The translations under genes were made by a program, and so were the position numbers. Of a stretch of DNA of 64,000 bases, positions 27,796 through 38,821 are shown piece after piece. Position 1 is the stretch's first letter. Each line of letters opens with the position of its first letter. Origin of the DNA: an uncultured Candidatus Binatia bacterium (lineage in GTDB: Bacteria; Desulfobacterota; Binatia; UBA9968; JAJDTQ01); the NCBI GenBank assembly GCA_965213675.1, contig OZ243916.1, positions 1,056,001 through 1,120,000 of the forward strand, written 5' to 3'. Below the pieces are notes generated by a model. That model saw only the letters and a program-made list of their open reading frames with translations, was not told the DNA's origin and did no database searches.

Positions 27796-28767
27796 TCATC
27801 CCGGCTTGTCGCGGCTTGCCTGCCGGTCACCGGGCGTCGACAATTCATCCAGCAGATCCTCCACCGGGGTCAACGGAAACGGCAGCAGGGCGCGAGTCTC
27901 CGTGGCATCCCCCAGGTGTTCATTGAACAGCGTATCGAACAGCGTCCGGTTCCAGCCCCACCCCAGACGTCCGCTCATGACGGCCGCGGCCTCCGCCAGC
28001 CAACCCGGCACACCCAGCACCCGCGGACGCCGGCCCATGCGCGACGCGGCCCGCCGCAGCAGTTCCACGTAGGTCAACGTGTCCGGCCCCACCAGATCCA
28101 GCACATGCGCCGGCGCGGTCTCCACCGCAAGCGCCCACTGCATCGCGCGGGTCACGTCCGCCAGCGCCACCGGCTGGATGCGCACCCGCCCGCCGCGCAC
28201 CAGCGGCGCCACGCGCCGGCCAGCCAGGTGAAACAGAGTACGCGCCGACGGCGTCCCCCGTCCCAACACCATGGGGACGCGGAAAACCACCGCATCGAAT
28301 CCCGCCCGCCGTATGGCGGACTCCGCCAATGCCTTGGAACGCAGGTACTCGTTGGCCGAGTTCAGCGCCGCGCCGGGGGCGCTCAAGTAGACAAACCTGC
28401 GGGCGCCGGCAGCCTGGGCGGCCGACACCACTTTTCGTGTCGTCCAGGTATTGGCGTCGTGAAGGCGCTCTCCGCGCCGGGGTTGGAGCGCCCCGGCGAG
28501 GTGCACGATGGCGTCGGCCCCTTGAACCGCGGCCGCCAGCGCTTCTGGCTGTTCGTAGTCGACCTGTCGGACTTCAACGGGGAAACCGTCGAGAACAGCC
28601 GCCTGAGCGGGTCCTCTCACCATGGCGCGCACCCGCTCAACGGCCGGAGGCGTACGCTCGGCCAGACGGCGAATCAACGCCACCCCCACCACTCCGTTGG
28701 CCCCTGTGACTGCGATATCGATGGCAAGACTCCCCGCTCCACCCGTCTCTGGATTTTCGCGCCACAT
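27796..28767 (-). CDS. NAD-dependent epimerase/dehydratase (NDUFA9-like SDR)
   Basis: VTGANGVVG, VHLAG, YLRSK; true start probably near 28722. Confidence 0.85.
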   Translation of the reverse strand: MWRENPETGGAGSLAIDIAVTGANGVVGVALIRRLAERTPPAVERVRAMVRGPAQAAVLDGFPVEVRQVDYEQPEALAAAVQGADAIVHLAGALQPRRGERLHDANTWTTRKVVSAAQAAGARRFVYLSAPGAALNSANEYLRSKALAESAIRRAGFDAVVFRVPMVLGRGTPSARTLFHLAGRRVAPLVRGGRVRIQPVALADVTRAMQWALAVETAPAHVLDLVGPDTLTYVELLRRAASRMGRRPRVLGVPGWLAEAAAVMSGRLGWGWNRTLFDTLFNEHLGDATETRALLPFPLTPVEDLLDELSTPGDRQASRDKPG

Positions 28768-28897
28768 ACGGCGCCAAGCTCTCGCGGGAATGACGATTCA
28801 AGAGGTCTCCGCCGCATGCGTCTTGACACGGGCTGTCTCGCGGGAACGACGGCAAGCGGCGTCAGGGCTACGCAAGTGTGGACACGGCAGGACTCAC

Positions 28898-30142
28898 TCA
28901 GCTCAGCATCCGGTGCGTGGGCGCCAGCAGCTTCTCCACCGGCAGGCCGTGGGTGCAGGCGCCGGCACATGCCTGGGTCGGGCAAGTGAGGCAGGCAGCG
29001 GCGCCCTGGCCGAGGAGAGCGTATTCGCTGCGCGCAAGCTTCTCGTCCTGGTAGTCGCGGGCGTACATGCGCGTACGCAGGACGTCGGCGATGGGAACGC
29101 CGTAGGGACAGGCACCCTCGCAGTCGTTGCACGCGTGGCGGCAGTACGAAGCGCCGTTCATGCGCGCGTAGCCCTGGAGCAGATCGAGGTCGCCGCGGGC
29201 GGCGCTGGTCCAGCCGGAAGCGCCCAGGTACTCCTTGATGACGCCCACATCGGTCATGGAGATGATCAGCGCATGCACGTCCGGATTGGACAGCACCCAA
29301 CGAAAGGCCGCCTGGGCATAGGTGGCGCCGTCCTTCTCGAACGGCCGCATGTCGTTCAAGCGAGCGCCCATGAGGGTCTTCATGGCGATGACGCCCACGT
29401 TCCTGGCCCTGGCCTTCTTGAGCACGCGCGGGAGATCCGGCTGACGCGCGATGAAATCGAAGCCGCGCGTGAAGCGTTCGTAGAACTTGGGATCCTGGCC
29501 GAAGTTGTAGGACAGAAGGAGGACATCCATCATGTCCTGGTCCAGCGCGTAGTCCAGACACTGGATAAGCCGGCCGGCGTGGCCGGACATGCCGGAAAAG
29601 CGAATCTTCCCCTGCTTGCGCGCCTGTTCCACGAAGGCGTGCCACTCGGGGTTTTCGAGCCGGCCGATGTCGTTGACCGCATGGGTGAAGTAGACGTCCA
29701 CGTAGTCGGTCTGAAGGCGCCGCAGGCTACCTTCGAGTGAGCGCAGCATCGACGCCCGGTCCTCGCCGCTGCTGGTATGGGTCTTGGAGGCGATGAAGAC
29801 CTTGTCGCGCTTGCCCCGCAAGGCGTTGCCGATGGTGATCTCGGAATCGCCGCCGCGGTAGCTGTCGGCCGTGTCGAAGTAATTGATGCCCCGGTCCAGG
29901 GCGTCCAACACCAGATGTTCCTCACCCGCATCCAGGCGGCTCGAACCGAATGAGATGTCGGAGACCTCAAGACCGGTGCGGCCCAGGGTGACGTAGCGCT
30001 TCACCTCGGCCCGGGTCTGGGCGCGCGCCTTGCCTGCGCCGGCTGCGGTAAAGGGCAGAAGCCCGGCGGCCACCCCCGCCATCGCGCCCCGGCGCAGAAG
30101 CTCGCGCCGCCCCAGCTTGTCACCATCGTCGGACTTCTTCAT
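28898..30142 (-). CDS. Tat-exported aldo/keto reductase with C-terminal Fe-S domain
   Basis: GRRELL Tat motif; LGRTGL, GINYFDTA, C-terminal CxxxCxxCxxxCP cysteines. Confidence 0.87.
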   Translation of the reverse strand: MKKSDDGDKLGRRELLRRGAMAGVAAGLLPFTAAGAGKARAQTRAEVKRYVTLGRTGLEVSDISFGSSRLDAGEEHLVLDALDRGINYFDTADSYRGGDSEITIGNALRGKRDKVFIASKTHTSSGEDRASMLRSLEGSLRRLQTDYVDVYFTHAVNDIGRLENPEWHAFVEQARKQGKIRFSGMSGHAGRLIQCLDYALDQDMMDVLLLSYNFGQDPKFYERFTRGFDFIARQPDLPRVLKKARARNVGVIAMKTLMGARLNDMRPFEKDGATYAQAAFRWVLSNPDVHALIISMTDVGVIKEYLGASGWTSAARGDLDLLQGYARMNGASYCRHACNDCEGACPYGVPIADVLRTRMYARDYQDEKLARSEYALLGQGAAACLTCPTQACAGACTHGLPVEKLLAPTHRMLS

Positions 30143-30388
30143 GGCGGCTCCTTCGTTCCTGAACGTGCCCGCGAAACGGGACTGGCGCGACCGCCGGTCG
30201 CCCCAGCAGATCATTGCGCTTGCCAGACACAAGGTTCCCCGCGCAACCCATGGCAGAAATATACGTGACACGCCACGGACTGCAACACAGGACCACCCCA
30301 CGCTGACCGGGCATCCGTGTGGAGCGCCCGATGGGTTACCGGCTGACCGTGACCTGTGGGCTGACCCGCGCGGGACGACTTCCCGGCG

Positions 30389-31128
30389 TCACTCGCCGGC
30401 GACCCCCACGAGCGAAGTCAGCAGCGGCTCGTCGGCCGCCAGGTCCGCGCTGGCGCCGTCGTAGACGATGCGGCCGCGGTTCATCACCACGGTGCGCTCC
30501 GAGAACTCCAGGGCGATGCCGGTGTGCTGCTCCACCAGGATGATGGCAAGCCCTTCCTGGGCGCGGAGTGTGTGCATGGCCGACACCAGTTGCTCGATAA
30601 TGACCGGCGCCAGGCCCTCGGTGGGCTCGTCCATGAGCAGCACCGTGGGGTTTCCCGCCAGCGCCCGGGCAATGGCCAGCATCTGCTGCTCGCCGCCGGA
30701 GAGCTGGCCGCCCTTGTGGGTCGTGCGCGAGCCCAGTTGCGGGAACAGCTCGTAGACCTGCTCGAAGGTCCAGCCGCCTGCCCGGCGCGCCACCGCCAGA
30801 TTCTCGTACACGCTCAGCGACGGGAACACTTCCCGTTCCTGGGGCACCAGGCCCAGGCCGGCGCGGGCGCGGTCGTAGGTGCGGGCGTCGGAGATGTCGC
30901 GGCCCGCCAACTCGATGCGGCCGGCGTGGAGCGTGGTGTAGCCCATGGCGGTACCCAGAAGCGTGGTCTTCCCCACCCCGTTGCGGCCAATGATGCTCAG
31001 CCGTTCGCCCCGGTCCAGAGTCAGGTCGATGTCTTCCAGCACGACGGTATGGCCATAGCCGGCCTGGACGCCGGTGAGGGCAAGGGCCTTGATCGGGCGC
31101 GCCTCCGGCGCCGTGTCAGCGGCGCGGC

Positions 31129-31132
<4 letters not shown>
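30389..31132 (-). CDS. livF: Branched-chain amino acid-type ABC transporter ATPase (LivF-like)
   Basis: [21 protein letters not shown]. Confidence 0.88.
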
Positions 31133-31905
<773 letters not shown>

Positions 31906-31975
31906 GTTCACCGCGTCCTTCGACTTTGCCGGGCGCCGTGCGCGACCCCGCGATGTTCTGGGACTCGCGCCTCCG

Positions 31976-32998
31976 TCATTCGCCACCAGCCCGCCTGGAT
32001 TCCCGCCCCCGATCGAAGGCGGCGGGGGGGTCTCCGGGACCGCGAAACCGCGCTGCCCAAGCGCGGCCGCGCTGCGCCAGCCCCAACATGCCCTCGGGGA
32101 CATAGAGGATGGTGGCCACCAGCAGCGCGCCTATGCCGAAGAGCCAGTACTCGGGACTGAGCTTGGCGAGCTGGTCCTGGAGGATCATGTAGAGCGGCGC
32201 GCCGATGAACGCGCCGTAGAGCCGTCCGGCGCCGCCCAGGATCAGCATGATCATGACGTCGCCCGAACGTTCGAAGCTGAGCACGTCCAGGGCCACGAAC
32301 TCGGTGGTCTGGGCCAGCAGGGCGCCGGCGACGCCGGCCATGACCGCGGCGATGGTGTAGGCGCGCAGCATCTGCCGGTATACCGGACAGCCGATGGCGT
32401 GCATGCGCCGTTCGTTCTCGCGGATGCCCCGCAGCGACTGGCCGAAGGACGAGTTCACGATGGCGCGGGCCGCGAGAAACATGACGAACAGCACCGCCAG
32501 CGCGTACACGTAGGCGGTCCGGCCGTAGAGGTCGAACTCGAAGACGCCGAAGATCGGCTGCATCACCACGCCCTGAAGGCCGTCGTCGCCGCCGGTCCAG
32601 TGCTCCTGTTCGTTGGCCAGTTCCTGCAACAGGATCGTGACCGCCAGGGTCAGCATCAGCAGTGTCAGTCCGCGGGTATAGAGTATGACCGCGCCGCACA
32701 CGAAGCCCACGACCCCGGCCACCAGGCCCGCGATCACCAGCCCGCTCAAGGGCTCGCTCCAGCCCACGTGCGCCGACAGGATGCCGGCGGCGTAGGCGCC
32801 GGTGCCGAACAGCGCCGCGTGCCCCAGGGAAACGATGCCCGCGTAGCCCAGGATCAGGTCCAGCGACAGCGCGAAGAGCACCATGATGAGGATCTGGGAA
32901 CCCAGTTGCAGGTAGTCGGGGAACAGGAAGAATGCCAGGCCCGCGGCCAGCCAGGGAAGCAGTTCCGCGGGCGCGACGGCGGCGCCGTGAGCCCTCAT
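31976..32998 (-). CDS. livM: ABC transporter permease (LivM-like)
   Basis: GYAGIVSLGH, TGGDDG, GIRENE. Confidence 0.86.
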   Translation of the reverse strand: MRAHGAAVAPAELLPWLAAGLAFFLFPDYLQLGSQILIMVLFALSLDLILGYAGIVSLGHAALFGTGAYAAGILSAHVGWSEPLSGLVIAGLVAGVVGFVCGAVILYTRGLTLLMLTLAVTILLQELANEQEHWTGGDDGLQGVVMQPIFGVFEFDLYGRTAYVYALAVLFVMFLAARAIVNSSFGQSLRGIRENERRMHAIGCPVYRQMLRAYTIAAVMAGVAGALLAQTTEFVALDVLSFERSGDVMIMLILGGAGRLYGAFIGAPLYMILQDQLAKLSPEYWLFGIGALLVATILYVPEGMLGLAQRGRAWAARFRGPGDPPAAFDRGRESRRAGGE

Positions 32999-33855
32999 CG
33001 CGCGTAGAGCCCCTGCGGACGCCACAGAAGCAGGATGATGGTGACCGCGAAGATGAAAAAGGCGCCGAAGGCGGGCAGGTAATACTTGCCCGCGGTGTCC
33101 ACGATTCCCAGGATCAGGGACGCGGCAAAGGCTCCCCGCAGGCTGCCGAGGCCGCCCACGGCCACGACGATCAGGAAGTACACGAGGTATTCCAGCGCAT
33201 AGGTCGGGGTCAGTCCCAGAATCTCCGTGCCCAGTGCGCCCCCCAGCGCCGCCAGCGCGCTGCCCAGCGCGAAGGTCAGCGTGAACAGCAGCCGGATGTT
33301 GATGCCCACGGTCTCGGCCATGCGCTGGTTGTCGACGGCAGCGCGTATCCTGGCGCCCAGCAGCGTGCGTTCGAAACCGTACCAGAGGGCGATGACCACC
33401 GCGACGCTTACCAGGATGATGAACGTGCGATAGGTGGGGAAGTGCCGGAATCCCAGGTCTACCTGGCCCTTGAGATACGCCGGGACGTCCAGTTGCACGT
33501 TGAGCGGCCCCCAGACAAACGTGCAGACAGCAATGCCCATGAACACCAGGCCGATGGTCAGGAGCACCTGCTGGAGTTCGTCCGCGCCGTACAGGCGGCG
33601 GTAGAGCGTGCGCTCCAGGGCGATGCTGATGAGCGCGACAGCAACGCAAGCCAGTGGCGCGCCCAGCAGGAACGGCACGCCCCACTCCCGTATCAGCGAC
33701 ACCGCAATGTATCCGCCCAGCATGGCGAACAGGCCGTGGGCCAGGTTCACGAACCCCATGAGGCCCATGGTGACGGAGAGACCCACCGAGATGATGAACA
33801 GCACCATTGCGAACGCCAGACCGTCGAACGCAATACTGATGAAGGAATTGATCAC
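32995..33855 (-). CDS. livH: ABC transporter permease (LivH-like)
   Basis: GFVNLAHG, IRAAVDN, GGLGS. Confidence 0.88.
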   Translation of the reverse strand: MINSFISIAFDGLAFAMVLFIISVGLSVTMGLMGFVNLAHGLFAMLGGYIAVSLIREWGVPFLLGAPLACVAVALISIALERTLYRRLYGADELQQVLLTIGLVFMGIAVCTFVWGPLNVQLDVPAYLKGQVDLGFRHFPTYRTFIILVSVAVVIALWYGFERTLLGARIRAAVDNQRMAETVGINIRLLFTLTFALGSALAALGGALGTEILGLTPTYALEYLVYFLIVVAVGGLGSLRGAFAASLILGIVDTAGKYYLPAFGAFFIFAVTIILLLWRPQGLYAR

Positions 33856-33987
33856 GGGTTACGACGTGCGCATGCTCCCGTCAGAGGACGGCTTGACGGT
33901 GGGGCCGCCGGTGCTTCACACCGGCAGGCGGTGCGCCGCCCCGCGTTTCGGCCGGGACGGGGCGGCGCCCGCGGGAGCCCGCCGTCG

Positions 33988-35175
33988 CTATTTCTTCTTC
34001 TGCAACTGCTTCCAGGGATCCTTCACCATCTCGAGCGTTTCGGTCTCGATGTTGGCCAGGGAGTCCCCGCGCTTCTCCACCTTGCGCAGATACTGGTTCT
34101 GCACGATGTCGCGCGTCTCGGGATCGATCATGATGGGACCCCGGGGGCTCGCGAACTTCCAGCCCTTCCACACCTCCAGGGCCTTGTCGGCGTCGATCTT
34201 GCCGTCCAGCCGCCGCACCGCCTCGTGGATGGCGGCCATGCCGTCCCAACCTTGAACGGCGAAGAAGTCCGGCGTGCTGTCGGCGCCGTAGGCCTCCTTC
34301 CACGCCTTCACGAAGGCCTTGTTCTCGGCCCGGTCCCCCGACGCGGAGTAGTGGTGCATGGTGATGACGCCCAGGGGAACCTCGCCCATGTTGGGCAGCT
34401 CCGAATCCTGGGTGATGTCGCCCGGACCGATGAGCTCGATGCCCGCGGCGCGCATGCCCAGGTCATCGTACGTCTTCATGACGCCGGTGGCCCACTTGCC
34501 CGCCGGGATGAAGACGTACAGCGCGTCGGGCTTGGAATCCTTCACCGATTGCAGGAAGGGCGTGAAGTCCGGGATCTTGGGAAACGGGAACGGGATGTCC
34601 GCCACCACCTTGCCGCCCGCGGCGGTGAAAGCCTGGGTAAACGCGGTCTTGCTGTCCTTGCCCGGCGAGTAATTGGCGTAGGCCACGGCCGCGGTGCGGA
34701 TGTTCATCTTCTCGTAGGCGTGCGTGCCCAGCGGGTAGGCCGCCTGCCACATGGTGAACGACACCCGCGCGGTGTAGGGGGAGCGCGTGGTGATGGCCGA
34801 GGTCCCCGCGTTCATGATGAGGAACGGCACCTTCGCCTTGCGTGTCACGTCCGAGATGGCGAAGGCGTTGTTGGAATAGACCACCCCGGCGAGAATATCG
34901 ATCTTGTCGCGGGTGATGAGTTCGGTGGCCAGGCGCTTGGCCACGTCGGCCTTGGGGCCGGTGCTGTCCCGCTTGATGATCTCGATCTTGTGTCCTCCCG
35001 TCCCGTTGGCGTGAAGCTTCTGGTAAAGCTCGAAACCACGGTCCACCTGCTGCCCCAGTTGGGCGTTGGGACCCGAGTAGGGAAGAATGACGCCCACCTT
35101 GACGGTCTCCGCCCATGCGGTTCCGCCTACCGCCAATGCCAGAAAACACGCGGCCACAAGCCTGAGAACTTTCAT
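33988..35175 (-). CDS. ABC transporter substrate-binding protein (Liv/aromatic-acid type)
   Basis: Signal peptide, VKVGVILPYSG, SPRGPIMIDP.TRD. Confidence 0.88.
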   Translation of the reverse strand: MKVLRLVAACFLALAVGGTAWAETVKVGVILPYSGPNAQLGQQVDRGFELYQKLHANGTGGHKIEIIKRDSTGPKADVAKRLATELITRDKIDILAGVVYSNNAFAISDVTRKAKVPFLIMNAGTSAITTRSPYTARVSFTMWQAAYPLGTHAYEKMNIRTAAVAYANYSPGKDSKTAFTQAFTAAGGKVVADIPFPFPKIPDFTPFLQSVKDSKPDALYVFIPAGKWATGVMKTYDDLGMRAAGIELIGPGDITQDSELPNMGEVPLGVITMHHYSASGDRAENKAFVKAWKEAYGADSTPDFFAVQGWDGMAAIHEAVRRLDGKIDADKALEVWKGWKFASPRGPIMIDPETRDIVQNQYLRKVEKRGDSLANIETETLEMVKDPWKQLQKKK

Positions 35176-35414
35176 GGTCCTACCTCCTTCGAGTTTCGCG
35201 TCCGTTCGCGCCCGGGGACGCAGGTCGGCGATCATAACACTCCGGTCCTTGATACGACAACATTCACGACCGCGGGGTGATCACGGGCCGCCCTGCACGG
35301 CCGTGGAATTGTCTTTCTGGCCGCAAAGGCTATATCTACAATGGCTATACGCAAGACTACAATGGCAAAGCACGAGACGCAGGACATCCACCAACGACCC
35401 TGGGAGTCTACCGC

Positions 35415-36116
35415 ATGGACAGCAAGCCCCTTTCCTCCGACGAGTTCGTCGAACAACTCAAGAAAGAAATCGCCGTCTTCCCCAAGCTGCGCATCCACCA
35501 TCCATTCGTGAAGTCCATCAGCGAAGGTACGGCCGCCATGGACCATATCCGCGCCTGGGCGGTGCAGGACTACCAGTTCCGTGTCGCCGTGCCGCGCATC
35601 GCGCTGCTGCGCTATGTGGCGTGCAGCGACCCGGAATTCGCTCCCAAGCTGTTCGAGGTGGCGGAAGAGGAAACCCGCGGCCTGCTGCCCGGGGCCTCCG
35701 GCCACCCCGACATGTTCGTGGAGTTCGCCGAGGCCATCGGACTCACGCGCACGGACCTTGAAAACCCGCGGTTGCTGCCGGCCACCGCCGCGCACCTGTA
35801 TTTCGCCGAATTGGTGATCCACACGCACCCCTGGTTCGTGGTCATGGCCGCACAGATCGGCGCCGAGGGCACGTTCGGTCCGGCCGCGGCGGCCCTGGGC
35901 AAGGGGTTCATGGAGAGCTACGGCATGCCGCCCGAGTCGGTACGCTTCTTCACCGTCCACGTGGAGGCCGACGAAGAACACGGGTCGCTGGCGGAAGAGA
36001 TCGCGCGCCGCTATCTCACATCCGCCAACCTGCAGCAGCAGACGCGGGCGATGATGTTCCGGCGCATGGAATTGTTGTACGACATCTGGACGATCCAGGA
36101 GCCTCCGACCTGCTGA
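35415..36116 (+). CDS. Heme-oxygenase-like (TenA/PqqC/CADD) diiron redox enzyme
   Basis: HHPF, EEETRG..H, E, FFTVHVEADEEH. Confidence 0.8.
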   Translation: MDSKPLSSDEFVEQLKKEIAVFPKLRIHHPFVKSISEGTAAMDHIRAWAVQDYQFRVAVPRIALLRYVACSDPEFAPKLFEVAEEETRGLLPGASGHPDMFVEFAEAIGLTRTDLENPRLLPATAAHLYFAELVIHTHPWFVVMAAQIGAEGTFGPAAAALGKGFMESYGMPPESVRFFTVHVEADEEHGSLAEEIARRYLTSANLQQQTRAMMFRRMELLYDIWTIQEPPTC

Positions 36117-36132
36117 CAAGGCGTTCTTAGAC

Positions 36133-36297
36133 CTCGTGTCGTGTCCCGTAAATTACTGCGATGATTTGCTGGTCTTTTTCACCGTCGGCTGCGTGGCTCT
36201 TCCTCGCGTGGTAACCGCCACTGATCGTCATCGCGCCTTGCCGAAAATAAAACATCCTGCGCAACTTGTCGCAGGAATTTACGGGACACGACACCAG
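36133..36297. mobile_element. 165-bp MITE-like hairpin element, type A divergent copy
   Basis: Same core as 352-516; different perfect 18-bp TIR tgtcgtgtcccgtaaatt / aatttacgggacacgaca. Confidence 0.75.
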
Positions 36298-36318
36298 GCG
36301 CTTGCGCCGGCGTGACGG

Positions 36319-38706
36319 ATGCGGATGGGCATGGAAGCCATGAAGAATCAGGGCGTCAAACGGCACATGGGACGCAGCATACCCATGCGGGAAGCGGAGC
36401 CGTTGCTACGCGGGCGGGGTACCTACGTGGGCGACTTGCGGTTTCCCGGAATGCTGCACGCGGCCGTGCTGCGGAGTCCTCACGCCCACGCGCGCATCCG
36501 CGCCATCGACCCCAGCGCGGCGCGGGCCATGCCGGGGGTGGCGCGGGTACTCACCGGCGCGGACGTGCGGGACGCCATCGCGCCCTTCCCTTCCAGCTTC
36601 GAGTTTCACCCGCCCCCCTGGCTCAACGCCATCAAGCCCGTACTCAAGGGTCCGCGCGCCCGGGTGCTGGCGCTGGACAAGGTGCGCTACGTCGGCGAGC
36701 CGCTGGCCATGGTGGTGGCCGAGGACCGCTACCGGGCCGAGGACGCGCTGGACGGCATTGCCGTGGATTACGAGGAGCTGCCGCCGGTGGTGGACCCGGA
36801 AGCGGCGCTCGCCCCGGACGCCGTGCGCATCCACGAGAACGCCAGCGACAACGTCGTGTTCCACTTCAGCATCGCCAAGGGCGACGTGGAGCGGGCCCTG
36901 GCGGACGCGCCCCACCGCATCACCGAGCGCCTGCACCACCGCCGCCACGGCGGCATTCCCATGGAGGGACGGGGCGTCGTGGCCATGGCCGAGGTCAAGC
37001 CGCGCCGTCTGACGGTATGGTCCTCCACCCAGGTGCCCCACAGCGTGCGCCGGCAGATCGCCTCCCAACTCGGTCTGGCCGAAGAGATGATCCGCGTGGT
37101 GGCCCCCCACGTGGGCGGCGGTTTCGGCCCCAAGGTGGTGGTGTACCCTGAGGAGGTGCTGGTGCCCTGGCTTGCCTTGGAGCTGGGGCGGCCCGTGCAG
37201 TGGATCGAGGACCGGCGCGAGCATTTCATCAGCACCGCCCACGCCCGCGACCAGATCCATGACGTGGAACTGGCCTTCGATGGCGACGGCCGCATCCTGG
37301 CGCTCAGGGACCGCTTCCTGCTGGACAACGGCGCCTACAATCCCATGGGCCTCACCGACGCCTACAACACCTCCGCCCATCTCCAGGGGCCGTATCGGGT
37401 CCCCAACCTCGCCGTCACCGGCACCTGCGTGGCTACCAACAAGGTGCCCAACGCGCCCTACCGCGGCGCTGGCCGGCCCGAAGCCGTATTTGTCATGGAG
37501 CGCTGCATCGACCGCATCGCCGGGGAACTGGGGCTCGATCCGGCGGAGGTGCGGTTCCGCAACTTCGTGCCGCCCGAGGAGATCCCGTACGACGCCGGCG
37601 TGCTCTATCGCGATGGCATGCCCGTGCGCTACGACAACGGCGACTTCCCCGCCACCCTGCGCAAGGCCCTGGAGGCCTGCCGCTACGACCACGTGCGCGC
37701 CATGCAGAAGGAGGCCCCGCGCGACAACCGTTGCGTGGGCGTCGGCATCGGCTGCTACACCGAGGGCACGGGGGTGGGCTCCTTTGAGGGCGCCCGGGTG
37801 GAGGTGGACTCTTCGGGCAAGCTGCGGGTATCGGTGGGCGCCAGCGGCCACGGCCAGGGACACGAAACGGTGTTCGCGCAACTCACCGCCGACCTCTGGG
37901 GCGTGGCGCCGGAGGACGTGACGGTCATCGGGGGCGACACCGGGGCCATCCGCTACGGCTGCGGCACCTTCGCCAGCCGCAGCACCGTCAACGCCGGCAC
38001 CGCCATCCACGAAGCCACCCGGCGCCTCAAGGCCAAGGTCTTCGAGTTGGCCGGCCATCTGCTCGAAGCCAACCCCGACGACCTGGCCACGCGGGACGGC
38101 CGCGTGTTCGTGGCGGAACGGCCGGACCACGGCGTCTCCCTGGCGGAATTGGCCGGCGCCGCGGTGCCCGGCTGGGCTTCAAGAATGCCCGAAGGCATGG
38201 AACCCAACCTGGAGGCCAGCCATTACTACGTGCCGGACACCGTGACCTGGGCCCACGCCGCCCACGTGGCCGTGGTGGAGGTGGACGCGGGCACCGGCGA
38301 GGTGAAGCTCCTGGACTACGCGGTGGCGCACGACTCGGGACCGGCCATCAACCCCCTGTTCGTGGAGGGCCAGGTGCGCGGCGGCGTCGCCCAGGGCATC
38401 GGCGGCGCCCTTTACGAAGAGTTCGTCTACGACGACCTGGGACAACTCCTCACGGGCACGTTTCTGGACTACCTGATGCCCACCTGCGGCGAGGTTCCCG
38501 CCATCAAGCAAGTGCACATCGAAACCCCTTCCCCCCTCAACCCCTTGGGCCTCAAGGGCATCGGCGAAGGCGGCGCCATCGCCCCGCCCGTGGCCGTGGC
38601 CAACGCCGTGGTGGACGCCCTGCGGCCCATCGCCAGGATCGAGATATCCGAGACACCGGTGACCCCCGAACGCGTGTTGGCGCTGATACGGCGGCAGCGC
38701 GGGTGA
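36319..38706 (+). CDS. Xanthine dehydrogenase family molybdopterin-binding subunit (CoxL-like)
   Basis: RSPHAHA, VGGGFG, PYRGAGR, GQGHET, FASRS, KGIGE. Confidence 0.92.
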   Translation: MRMGMEAMKNQGVKRHMGRSIPMREAEPLLRGRGTYVGDLRFPGMLHAAVLRSPHAHARIRAIDPSAARAMPGVARVLTGADVRDAIAPFPSSFEFHPPPWLNAIKPVLKGPRARVLALDKVRYVGEPLAMVVAEDRYRAEDALDGIAVDYEELPPVVDPEAALAPDAVRIHENASDNVVFHFSIAKGDVERALADAPHRITERLHHRRHGGIPMEGRGVVAMAEVKPRRLTVWSSTQVPHSVRRQIASQLGLAEEMIRVVAPHVGGGFGPKVVVYPEEVLVPWLALELGRPVQWIEDRREHFISTAHARDQIHDVELAFDGDGRILALRDRFLLDNGAYNPMGLTDAYNTSAHLQGPYRVPNLAVTGTCVATNKVPNAPYRGAGRPEAVFVMERCIDRIAGELGLDPAEVRFRNFVPPEEIPYDAGVLYRDGMPVRYDNGDFPATLRKALEACRYDHVRAMQKEAPRDNRCVGVGIGCYTEGTGVGSFEGARVEVDSSGKLRVSVGASGHGQGHETVFAQLTADLWGVAPEDVTVIGGDTGAIRYGCGTFASRSTVNAGTAIHEATRRLKAKVFELAGHLLEANPDDLATRDGRVFVAERPDHGVSLAELAGAAVPGWASRMPEGMEPNLEASHYYVPDTVTWAHAAHVAVVEVDAGTGEVKLLDYAVAHDSGPAINPLFVEGQVRGGVAQGIGGALYEEFVYDDLGQLLTGTFLDYLMPTCGEVPAIKQVHIETPSPLNPLGLKGIGEGGAIAPPVAVANAVVDALRPIARIEISETPVTPERVLALIRRQRG

Positions 38707-38821
38707 CCCGCCTGGAGTCCCGCGAAGGCATTTCCTCGACGCCGATCAGGGGCGGGAATCCAGGGGCGGCTCAGGGGCCGGCTTGCAGCAGAAAAGGCCG
38801 TATGTTAAGCCGTGCGGCACC

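Noticed and set aside
36319-38706. Aerobic CO dehydrogenase (form I coxL)
   Set aside because: Lacks the AYxCSFR motif and adjacent coxM/coxS.
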